Shown one piece after another: positions 32,300 through 40,523 of a stretch of 64,000 nucleotides of DNA. Made by a program: the position numbers and the translations under genes. Under the pieces are notes generated by a model, which saw only the letters and a program-made list of their open reading frames with translations, ran no database searches and had not been told where the DNA came from. How positions within the stretch are numbered: the stretch's first letter is position 1; the number at the start of each line of letters is the position of its first letter. The stretch lies in IMG/VR virus record IMGVR_UViG_3300008266_000015, one strand, 5' to 3'. This DNA is from a virus.

Positions 32300-33670
32300 A
32301 TGGCAAAAGTCTTAGAAAATATATTTAATCCTTCAATAGATGAAATAGCTCAAACATACACAATTCAGTCTTGGCACGTTTCACAATCAGTAGATGCATT
32401 AACGGCTGCTGAGGCATATGATATTTCAATTAGTGGATCTTTAAATGTTACCGGATCATCAAATGTAACTGGTTCACTATCAGTAATAGGAACTGTAGTA
32501 AACGGAACTGTAGGTAATGATGCAGCTGGACTATTCTCACATGCTGAAGGTAACTCTTCAATAGCATCAGGTAGTTATTCTCATGCTGAAGGAGAATCTA
32601 CTCAAGCAGTTGGATATGCTTCTCATGCTGAAGGAGATAGTACTTTAGCCTCAGGTTCATATTCACATGCTGAAGGTAACTCTTCAATAGCATCAGGTAG
32701 TTATTCTCATGCTGAGGGAATAGGAAGTAAAGCAATTGGAAATGGTTCACATGCTGAAGGAAATGGAAATGTAGCTAGCGGAAATGGTTCACATGCTGAA
32801 GGAAGTGCAACAATAGCTAGTGGTCCTTATAGTCATGCTGAGGGAACATCAACAATAGCTAGTGGTAATACTAGTCATGCTGAGGGAACATCAACTATTG
32901 CTAGTAATAATAATAGTCATGCTGAGGGAGTAAAAACAATAGCAATGGGAATTAGTACTCATGCTGAAGGTTCTGGTTCAATTGCATCTGGTTCATTTTC
33001 ACATGCTGAAGGGGGATTCACAATTGCATCTGGTTCATTCTCACATACTGAAGGATTAATTACTAAAACTGTAGGAATTGCTGCTCATGCTGAGGGAAAT
33101 AGTACTCAAGCAATAGGAAATGCTTCACATGCTGAAGGTGCTTTCACTCAAGCAATAGGGGGTGCTTCACATGCTGAAGGTTATTATTCGTTAGCTTTAG
33201 ATTTTTATTCACATGCTGAAGGATATGAAACAACAGCTTCAAATTTTGCCTCACATGCTGAAGGAATTAACACAAAAGCTTTAGGTCCATATTCACATGC
33301 TGAAGGGAATAGTGCTATAGCAATAGGACAATATTCACACGCTGAAGGATTTAGTACTATAGCAATAGGAGATGCTTCACATGCTGAGGGAACTAATACA
33401 GTAGCATCTGGTTCATTCCAAACAGTAGTAGGTTCATATAATGTTCAAAATAATACAGGCTCTAAGTTTATTGTTGGTATTGGAAATTCAACAACTAGGA
33501 AAGATGGATTTACAGTAGATGCAGATGTTAATTTATCTGGTTCTGTTATGATTCCAACAAACACAGCAAATCCTTCCTCTCCAAAAACAGGATCTATGTA
33601 TTTCAACCCAACAACTAATTTATTATATATTTATAATGGTACAGCTTGGAAATCAGCATCTTTTTCATAA
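32300..33670 (+). CDS. Fibre/adhesin-like protein with YadA-head-like 14-aa repeats
   Basis: 21 tandem H[A/T]EG repeats; C-terminal GSMYFN...LYIYNGTAW tail-fibre-type motif; ATATTTATA motif upstream. Confidence 0.78.
   Translation: MAKVLENIFNPSIDEIAQTYTIQSWHVSQSVDALTAAEAYDISISGSLNVTGSSNVTGSLSVIGTVVNGTVGNDAAGLFSHAEGNSSIASGSYSHAEGESTQAVGYASHAEGDSTLASGSYSHAEGNSSIASGSYSHAEGIGSKAIGNGSHAEGNGNVASGNGSHAEGSATIASGPYSHAEGTSTIASGNTSHAEGTSTIASNNNSHAEGVKTIAMGISTHAEGSGSIASGSFSHAEGGFTIASGSFSHTEGLITKTVGIAAHAEGNSTQAIGNASHAEGAFTQAIGGASHAEGYYSLALDFYSHAEGYETTASNFASHAEGINTKALGPYSHAEGNSAIAIGQYSHAEGFSTIAIGDASHAEGTNTVASGSFQTVVGSYNVQNNTGSKFIVGIGNSTTRKDGFTVDADVNLSGSVMIPTNTANPSSPKTGSMYFNPTTNLLYIYNGTAWKSASFS
32533..33415 (+). 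repeat. 42-bp coding tandem repeat (21 units, CATGCTGA core)
   Basis: Includes an exact copy of about 50 bp at ~32538 and ~32664. Confidence 0.9.
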
Positions 33671-33702
33671 ACTAAATTTGAAACCAATTAAAACCACATA
33701 TC

Positions 33703-34479
33703 ATGAAACCGCAAAACACTCTCAAAGGGTTGTTAATAGTGGTTATGTTAGTACTTAATACTTTATTTGGTTTTTCACAATTAACATGTGATCTGGATGA
33801 TCCATATTTAAATCATTTTCAATATTCAATACCCTCATTTATACAATTATACAATGGAGGGTATTGTGTTTCCTCCTCATACATCTCAGATACAACTATC
33901 TACATGAAGTTCTATCCTGAGGGGAAAAACGGAATCATATATTGGGGCTATTCCTCACCAATGGGGTATCCTTTATATGTGGATAGTATTAAAATATATG
34001 ATAGTAGTTGTCGTTTAATTTCTATAGGACAAGGAGTAAGTGGTCTATCTAACTCATTATATTATGTTAAGTTCGTTATACGAACCACATTTATTGATAA
34101 TTTCTGTCCATATTTCCTCCCTGCTAATCCATTAATGGTTACTTTTGGAATGATAAAATTAGAGAAAATAGAAATGTATATTCAAGTGGATTGGACTACA
34201 TTATCCGAATCAAATAGCGACTACTTTGTAGTACAATACAGCTATGATTTGAACAATTGGAGAAATGCAACTAATATACCTTCATCTCAAAATAGTTCAA
34301 CAAACAGATACTATTCAACAAAATTTACCCCACCATATTCAGGTATGGTGTATGTTAGAATTGCAGAATACGATTTGAATGGAAACGCTATATATAGCAA
34401 TCCAGAATATATTTATTTTAATTTTGAAAACCAAAATACATCTGTTTATGATTTAGCAGGAAGACTTTTAAGAAATTAA
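33703..34479 (+). CDS. Secreted protein with Bacteroidota Ig-like domain and truncated type A T9SS CTD-like end
   Basis: Signal peptide; PL.V.F, WTT.SE.NSDYF.VQ.S.D, YVRI.E.D.NG, VYDLAGRLL. Confidence 0.7.
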   Translation: MKPQNTLKGLLIVVMLVLNTLFGFSQLTCDLDDPYLNHFQYSIPSFIQLYNGGYCVSSSYISDTTIYMKFYPEGKNGIIYWGYSSPMGYPLYVDSIKIYDSSCRLISIGQGVSGLSNSLYYVKFVIRTTFIDNFCPYFLPANPLMVTFGMIKLEKIEMYIQVDWTTLSESNSDYFVVQYSYDLNNWRNATNIPSSQNSSTNRYYSTKFTPPYSGMVYVRIAEYDLNGNAIYSNPEYIYFNFENQNTSVYDLAGRLLRN

Positions 34480-34561
34480 GCTAAATGATTGGGATTACAA
34501 AATTTTTATTTATATATTTACTTCAATAAAAAAAATAAATAATTAACTAAAAACAAGTTTT

Positions 34562-34807
34562 ATGAAAAACACAAATCAAAAATCACTTAAGCGCCGAATG
34601 AATCGCACAGCAATTCTTTCATTTTACAATGCACGTTATTTTAATGGAGATATAGCTCGTTTATCTGAAAAAACAGGCTATTCAACTTCACACATTTCAA
34701 ATGTAATTGCTGGGCGCCGTAGCGTTTCAAACACACTTGCTGATGCAATGTACTACATTTCTTGTCGCCGTACTAAAAATTCTGAAGTTTGGGCAAAACA
34801 AGCATAA
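34562..34807 (+). CDS. Helix-turn-helix DNA-binding protein
   Basis: IARLSEKTGYSTSHISNVIAGRR. Confidence 0.7.
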   Translation: MKNTNQKSLKRRMNRTAILSFYNARYFNGDIARLSEKTGYSTSHISNVIAGRRSVSNTLADAMYYISCRRTKNSEVWAKQA

Positions 34808-34822
34808 AATTTGTTAATTTAA

Positions 34823-34852
34823 CGGGTGGCTCTACGGGGCTACCCATTTTTA
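34823..34852 (+). terminator. Intrinsic terminator
   Basis: GGGTGGCTC-TACG-GGGCTACCC followed by a T run. Confidence 0.75.
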
Positions 34853-34861
34853 GTTTAGTTT

Positions 34862-35381
34862 ATGAAAAATAAAATTATCAACTTTTTCACACATTTAATT
34901 AAAGGAAAACTAATTACTATTCCGTTAGTACGGGACGGTAAACCAACAGGTCAATGGGTTGAATGTTATAAAAACGATAAGTATTATAAAATTTTAGTTT
35001 CCCAATATGGAGAACCACTCCCAAACCAAATAGAGGTAGAACCAATAAAAGACTTATAATATGTTTAGAATAGGACAAAAAGTAATATGTGTTGATGATA
35101 GGCTTGATCCTAATCGAAATTTACCTCCATTGGTTTTTCCTAAAAAAGGTACTACATACACTATACGAGGAATATATGTCGCTAGAACCAACGAAACAGC
35201 GCTTTTACTTGAGGAAATAGTAAATCCATACCAAACACGTGATGGACAAGAGATAGGTTTTAAATCAAGTAGATTTCGTTCATTAGTGGAGGATGGTTTA
35301 ATTGAGGAATTGTTGAGTAGAATAATTGATGAGGTAAAAGAGGAAATTTTAAAGGAAGAGTTAGCTGGGATTACAGATTAA
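34862..35381 (+). CDS. Two hypothetical proteins (34862-35059, 35061-35381)
   Basis: Second begins F.IGQKVICVDD (SH3/KOW-like start). Confidence 0.6.
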
Positions 35382-35414
35382 ATTTTTATATATTTAAGTA
35401 TAAGAAAAATAAAA

Positions 35415-35548
35415 TAACCTGTACCCTTGAAAAACTCGTATTGTTCAGAGAGGAGTCATATTCGTATATGGTACACCCACTAAAGCAGGTGTCAGTATTT
35501 GGAGTACACTTTGATAGATAAGCAGGTTAGTTCCGATATAAAAGGGTA
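35415..35548 (+). ncRNA. Unnamed structured RNA with terminal pseudoknot
   Basis: TAACCTG/CAGGTTA and TACCCTT/AAGGGTA pair in crossed order; internal ACTC-GTATTG/CAGTAT-GAGT, CATAT/ATATG, ACACC/GGTGT; follows the promoter at ~35366. Confidence 0.55.
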
Positions 35549-35566
35549 ATAGAATAAGGAGCAAAT

Positions 35567-35679
35567 AGTCAGGTGGCGGAATTGGTAGACGCTCATTCTT
35601 ATGTATATGTTATAAACGCATAAGATGATAAAAATCGAGATAACAGGTAGGTTTACAGGTTCGAATCCTGTCCTGACTA
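35567..35679 (+). ncRNA. tRNA-like element 1 (113 nt, elongated anticodon region)
   Basis: AGTCAGG/CCTGACT acceptor stem, GCGGAATTGGTAGACGC D-arm, ACAGG-TTCGAAT-CCTGT T-arm. Confidence 0.8.
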
Positions 35680-35681
35680 CA

Positions 35682-35900
35682 ATGAGTAAGAGATACTCAG
35701 CAGACTTGTCAATGTCTCATTTAAACTTGATAGGGTATTAGACTGGACATCCTGAAACGCCAGTCTCGTGGGAATAAAGGGACAGCACAAACCCTCCCAG
35801 TAGTGTGATTTTAGAGTTCATGTGGTAAGACACTAATGGTTAGAGTTTTTAAGAAAACAAAACCGTTAAAATCCACTCACCAGTAATCTCAAGGTGGGGA
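35682..35900 (+). ncRNA. Unnamed multi-hairpin RNA between tRNA-like elements 1 and 2
   Basis: TGAGTA/TACTCA, GACTGG/CCAGTC, GGGA..AGGG/CCCTCCC, TAGTGT/ACACTA, ATGGTT/AACCGT, CACC/GGTG stems; no ORF in the track. Confidence 0.55.
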
Positions 35901-35905
35901 AACAT

Positions 35906-35982
35906 AGTCAGGAGTGTAATGAGGCATGGTGCCAAGTCCTTTTAAAGGTTACTTATTACAGGTTCGAATCCTGTCCTGACTA
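35906..35982 (+). ncRNA. tRNA-like element 2 (77 nt, degenerate D/anticodon arms)
   Basis: Same acceptor and T-arm; CC-TTTTAAA-GG loop. Confidence 0.75.
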
Positions 35983-35997
35983 CTAAATAAATAAATA

Positions 35998-36855
35998 ATG
36001 AAATTTAAACTACTAAAATTAATCCCATTAAATGTATTTCTAAAATTTAGAATATGGGTAATATGTAAATTCTTACCTTATCTTTTAAACAACGAAAGAA
36101 CACCTTATTCTAAAGATGGATATGAATTATCATTTAAAGATGATTTTGATGAATTTAATAAATCAATTTGGCAAGACATGCCATATTTTGGACATAGATT
36201 TCATCCAGGCAATATTGTAAATAATGGAACTGCACCTTATCAATATCATGATTCAAGTTGTATATCTGTAAAAGATTCTATACTTAGATTAGAATGTAAT
36301 GATACACCTACCACTATTAACTATGTTGATTATAATGGAGATTATTATGGAACATTTAAAATACCATACCAAGTTGGTTGGATACAAACCATGCCTAATA
36401 CATTTCAACAAAAATATGGTTATTTTGAAATTAGATCAAAATCTCCAAATAGTGGTGGAACTTGGCCAGCGTTTTGGTTAGCATCTACTGAGGCTTGGCC
36501 TCCAGAAATTGATATATTTGAAATTTATACTTCTGATGGTCAAACACGATCTACCTCAACTATTCATTGGGGAAAAGATCCAAAACATCCAATGACTGGA
36601 TTTGGTCATACAACACTACCGTTAAATTCTGATTTCTCAGTGTTTGGATGTGATTGGAATGAAAAAAATATTAAAATATATTATAACGGTTGGTTAGTTA
36701 GAGTTTTTCCTACACCAAATGATTTTAAATATGAAATGAATATTATTATTAACAATGGTGTTCAAACTGATGAAACAGGTTTAAATAGAGAAAGCATAAT
36801 ATCACCAAATTATTTTGAAGTAGATTATGTAAAAGTTTGGAAAAAAATAAAATAG
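35998..36855 (+). CDS. Glycoside hydrolase family 16
   Basis: F.DDF, YGYFEIR, WPAFWL, catalytic EIDIFE, VDYVKVW. Confidence 0.92.
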   Translation: MKFKLLKLIPLNVFLKFRIWVICKFLPYLLNNERTPYSKDGYELSFKDDFDEFNKSIWQDMPYFGHRFHPGNIVNNGTAPYQYHDSSCISVKDSILRLECNDTPTTINYVDYNGDYYGTFKIPYQVGWIQTMPNTFQQKYGYFEIRSKSPNSGGTWPAFWLASTEAWPPEIDIFEIYTSDGQTRSTSTIHWGKDPKHPMTGFGHTTLPLNSDFSVFGCDWNEKNIKIYYNGWLVRVFPTPNDFKYEMNIIINNGVQTDETGLNRESIISPNYFEVDYVKVWKKIK

Positions 36856-36938
36856 TCAGGTGTCTGAATTGGCTAAGTACCCTGAGCCCATCTTAGTAAT
36901 GGGTAGGGGAGATACAGGTTCGAATCCTGTCCTGACTA
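36854..36938 (+). ncRNA. tRNA-like element 3 (85 nt; extended stem with CTTAGTA loop, Leu-UAG-like)
   Basis: Same acceptor and T-arm; CCCT-GA-GCCCAT/ATGGGT-AGGG stem. Confidence 0.8.
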
Positions 36939-36955
36939 CAAAAAGAATTAAAATT

Positions 36956-37171
36956 ATGAAAGGTGCAATGACATTAAAACATCGTAAAAATATTGTAAGA
37001 GAAGTGAAATCTCGTATCAGTAAAGAGATTAAGGATTACAACGATAAAGAAGTTGGACAACAAGAATCTATTCTTGATGAATATATTGAAAAAGTATGTG
37101 TTGAAAAGGGATGGGAATTAGTTCATTTTTATTGTGAAGAAGGAAAAATTTTAGATAAGATATTAAAATAG
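36956..37171 (+). CDS. Hypothetical protein (71 aa)
   Basis: Likely start MKGAMTLK; its TAG stop overlaps element 4. Confidence 0.65.
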   Translation: MKGAMTLKHRKNIVREVKSRISKEIKDYNDKEVGQQESILDEYIEKVCVEKGWELVHFYCEEGKILDKILK

Positions 37172-37268
37172 TCAGGTGGCGGAATTGGTAGACGCAGTTA
37201 GTTATAAGCACCAATAAGACTTGTAACAACGTACCGATAGTATGCAGGTTCGAATCCTGTCCTGACTT
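37170..37268 (+). ncRNA. tRNA-like element 4 (99 nt; 11-bp anticodon-position stem, variable arm)
   Basis: Leu-type D-arm; GTT-A-GTTATAAG/CTTGTAAC-AAC; GTAC/GTAT arm; same 3' end. Confidence 0.8.
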
Positions 37269-37282
37269 CAAAAATAAATAAT

Positions 37283-37519
37283 ATGAGACGATTAAACGAA
37301 AATGAGTATCTAATTTTAGAAAATTGGAAAAATGTTAAAATTGAAGATTGTGATTTAGGTATACAATTATGGTGTAATAATTTGGTTGGTAAGGGTATTT
37401 TGCGTAGATATAACAAACAATACATTTTAACAAAATTAGGAAAAAAACATACTGAGATTGGTAGACCAAAATTTACATGGGTACAAAATGATTGGTTCGA
37501 AAGTGTTGAGTTATTATAA
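37283..37519 (+). CDS. Hypothetical protein (winged-helix-like end)
   Basis: LVGKGIL...YILTKLG. Confidence 0.6.
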   Translation: MRRLNENEYLILENWKNVKIEDCDLGIQLWCNNLVGKGILRRYNKQYILTKLGKKHTEIGRPKFTWVQNDWFESVELL

Positions 37520-37522
37520 AAT

Positions 37523-37630
37523 AGTCAGGTGGCGAAATGGTAGACGCTAGAAAGAATGTAAAACAATTGAGTAATCTCTGCCAGTATCATTCACAGGGGT
37601 TACATACAGGTTCGAATCCTGTCCTGACTA
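37523..37630 (+). ncRNA. tRNA-like element 5 (108 nt)
   Basis: GCGAAATGGTAGACGC D-arm; GTAATCTCTG/CAGGGGTTAC hairpin; same 3' end. Confidence 0.8.
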
Positions 37631-37670
37631 CAAAAGGGGTTCTTTGACATAATAAGAAAGGAAAATTAAT

Positions 37671-37967
37671 ATGGAAACAATGTATTTTACTTTTGGAGTA
37701 CTAACGATGGTTGCTATGATTTTGGTTGGAGCAATTGTTTATGGTATTGTAAAGGTGTTTAAACAAGAAAAACAAATCAAAGATATCCAAAAGGATATTC
37801 AATGGAATTATAATGATATGAGTGATCGATTTAGAGATGTTTATCAGAAAATTGAAAACAGTTATGTAAATTCTAGAGACATATCTAACGCATATACAGA
37901 TATGCGGATTGATAAACTGGAAGACAAATTAACAGGAAATAGCACAAAAAAATTAATTAAAGGATAA
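37671..37967 (+). CDS. Membrane-anchored coiled-coil protein
   Basis: N-terminal transmembrane helix. Confidence 0.7.
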   Translation: METMYFTFGVLTMVAMILVGAIVYGIVKVFKQEKQIKDIQKDIQWNYNDMSDRFRDVYQKIENSYVNSRDISNAYTDMRIDKLEDKLTGNSTKKLIKG

Positions 37968-38008
37968 ATTTAACCCGTCGAAGAACCCTTTTTTATATAT
38001 TTATTAGT

Positions 38009-38275
38009 ATGGGAAAAATTTGTTTTTCAATCGTTTTTTTATTAACAGTATGGGGTTGTAAAACTAATACATTTTATACTGATCATATTATAGTTACAAA
38101 AAATGATGGATATAAAGATACTATCCAATATTCGTATTGGAATAAATTTGAAATGGATGCTTTCAAATTAGAATGGATATTAAAACAAAAAAATATCAGA
38201 ATGAAAGATGTGCAATTTATAGATTTTACCCAAGGACCAAAAATTGAATTTAACAAAAAATACCAACCCAAATGA
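38009..38275 (+). CDS. Putative lipoprotein
   Basis: Hydrophobic N-terminus ending VWGC. Confidence 0.55.
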   Translation: MGKICFSIVFLLTVWGCKTNTFYTDHIIVTKNDGYKDTIQYSYWNKFEMDAFKLEWILKQKNIRMKDVQFIDFTQGPKIEFNKKYQPK

Positions 38276-38883
38276 AGTTATTTTTAAACACATTACTGTT
38301 TTTGATTTACATAACAGGCTATAGTCAATCATTACAACTGGAGATAGTAGATAATTGTTCCTCAGGATACGTAGTTATCAATAACGATGAATCACCCGTC
38401 GGATATACAATGATTCATAATGGTGTAGATATATTATGTATTCTCCCCACAACAACAGATACTATATTTGATTTACCTAGTGGAGAATATATATTACGTT
38501 CTAATGGTGAAGCACATGAACAAGTTTCATTTACTATTTCAAACACAGTTATAGACGCTACATTACATATCCCATATACCTCAGTTTGTATTGGAGATTC
38601 ATATATAACACCGATTTTAAACATTTACTCCTCATATAATAATGTCTATTGGGATTTTGGTGATGGAAACATTTCATATGATGATATCAATCCAGTTCAC
38701 TACTATACTCAACCAGGTATATATACCTTAAAAGCAATAGTAAGTGAAGGTCAATGCTCTAAAATATTTGAAAGTAAGATTGTAGTTGAAAATATAAATG
38801 GAATTCAAGCCACAAATCGATTACAATACAGAACAACTAGTAACTATTATAATGTAGAAGGTAAAGTAGTAAAAAAACTATGA
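38272..38883 (+). CDS. Secreted PKD-domain protein with truncated CTD-like end
   Basis: Signal peptide; WDFGDG..NPVHYY.QPG.Y; YNVEGKVVK. Confidence 0.75.
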   Translation: MKLFLNTLLFLIYITGYSQSLQLEIVDNCSSGYVVINNDESPVGYTMIHNGVDILCILPTTTDTIFDLPSGEYILRSNGEAHEQVSFTISNTVIDATLHIPYTSVCIGDSYITPILNIYSSYNNVYWDFGDGNISYDDINPVHYYTQPGIYTLKAIVSEGQCSKIFESKIVVENINGIQATNRLQYRTTSNYYNVEGKVVKKL

Positions 38884-39595
38884 ACAACGATATTGAACGT
38901 AAAGAGTTTTGGGAAAAAGAGCTATCCAAAACTAAATCAAAAAAATGGGATGACAACGATTTAGAACAAGCATTTGTTTCGGCAAGAAAGTTATTTCAAA
39001 ACAAGTTACCACAATTTGAAACGTTTTATGACTATAAAAAGTCATTAGTTAATAAATAGGATTACAAGATCTATATCTGTATATTCAAGCAAATAAAAGT
39101 TATATGTTTAAATGGTTTAAAAAACAAGATAAGGACGAAAACAATACGGAAATGCTCGTATCAGAAATGGATGCGGTTGCAATAGCATTAGAACAGTCAC
39201 GTGAAGAAGGTTTAGATGTTGAGGTTGTAACATGGGCACTTCGATACATGAAGGAAAATCCATCACTCACCATATCGGAAGCAATTACAATGGGATACTA
39301 CGAGTGGGTTAAATAACAGACCAAGTTGATATTTATAACGGAACAGGTTGTGTGAACAAGTTTACTAACTTAACACACTATTCCCATGAAATATCTAATT
39401 ACTCTGCTATTGATATTTACTATATCGTGTAGTCAAGATTTCAACAAACCACGCTATCAGAAAATAATTAAAACACGACCTCACTGGCAACGGAAACAAA
39501 TTCCGTTTTACAGACAAGGAACATATCGTGATCGTAACGTGAAAAAACAAGCAAGACAGAAATTAATTCAACCGCCAACAATTAATATTAATTGA
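38880..39595 (+). CDS. Three small hypothetical proteins (38880-39059, 39104-39316, 39386-39595)
   Basis: The last has a lipobox-like TISC. Confidence 0.55.
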
Positions 39596-39654
39596 AAAAT
39601 TAGGATTACAGGATTTACATTTGTATATTCAAGCAACCTAAAAAAATAAAAGTT

Positions 39655-40467
39655 ATGTTAGAAAATTTGATTATTACACCTAAACGAGGTAGAGGTAGAC
39701 CAGCAAAAGACGCAACACAAACTATGTCAGCATTTAATCCTGAAGAAGTTAAACTAATCAGAGGCGAATCATTGAAATTCAATGAAGCACTATTTGTACC
39801 TTTCAAAACAGGTACCGAATTTGATCTAATTTTATCAACCGATGGTGGTTTAATGCCCGGCACATCGATGATGATTGCTGGTGGACCAGGATCAGGTAAG
39901 TCAACATTAGTAACAGATATGTTATCTAAGTTTACAAAGCAAGGTTTGAAATGCTTGTTAATACAAGGCGAAATGGATGAAATTGGGCATTACAAATATT
40001 GCCGAAGAATGCCTTCATTTGGTTGTGTTCAGACATTGTTTTTGAAAAACCACATGGATAACGTGAAAGAAACATTAGAATATGTTTTTAACTTAGGTTA
40101 CGACGTTATTGCAATTGATTCACTTGCGGAGGTATTAGCAATGTATCGCGATCAAAACGGTGGTTCAGCAAAACAAGCCGAATCATGGCTATTGAAATTA
40201 CAAGATTCAGTTAAAAAAGGAAACAACGCATTAGGTTATTATACATCGTTTGTTAATATTCAACAAATGACGAAAAGCGACGAGTTTGCGGGTTCAAACA
40301 GGTTAAAGCATATGATGGAAGCATATTGCGCAGTTGAACGTAGCAAAGATGGACTTGAACGTTCAATGCATTTCGAAAAGAATCGTGATTGCGATAAAGA
40401 TTACAAAATCTACTTTTCAATATATAAGGACGGAGTTCATTACGCTTTAAATCAAGCAGAAGAATAA
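39655..40467 (+). CDS. RadA/Sms-like RecA-fold ATPase with N-terminal AT-hook
   Basis: KRGRGRP; EFD.IL..GGL.PG; Walker A GGPGSGKST; IAIDS; AGS..LKH; KNR. Confidence 0.8.
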   Translation: MLENLIITPKRGRGRPAKDATQTMSAFNPEEVKLIRGESLKFNEALFVPFKTGTEFDLILSTDGGLMPGTSMMIAGGPGSGKSTLVTDMLSKFTKQGLKCLLIQGEMDEIGHYKYCRRMPSFGCVQTLFLKNHMDNVKETLEYVFNLGYDVIAIDSLAEVLAMYRDQNGGSAKQAESWLLKLQDSVKKGNNALGYYTSFVNIQQMTKSDEFAGSNRLKHMMEAYCAVERSKDGLERSMHFEKNRDCDKDYKIYFSIYKDGVHYALNQAEE

Positions 40468-40523
40468 AAACGGGGAGTACACGCTCCCCTTTCATATATT
40501 CAAGTAAATAAAAAAGATATATT

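Noticed and set aside
35680-35760. Theta/HDV-like or hammerhead ribozyme at the 3' end of the tRNA-like elements
   Set aside because: I could not identify the nested double pseudoknot or the CUGANGA/GAAA core by eye; a covariance-model search is needed.
36860-36955. N-terminal extension of ORF 36860 (MSELAKYP...GSNPVLTT)
   Set aside because: It is a translation of tRNA-like element 3; the likely start is the ATG at 36956.
35567-37630. CRISPR array interpretation of the repeated 23-mer
   Set aside because: Spacing is irregular (about 300-950 bp), the intervals contain genes, the repeat is a tRNA T-arm/acceptor, and no cas operon is present.
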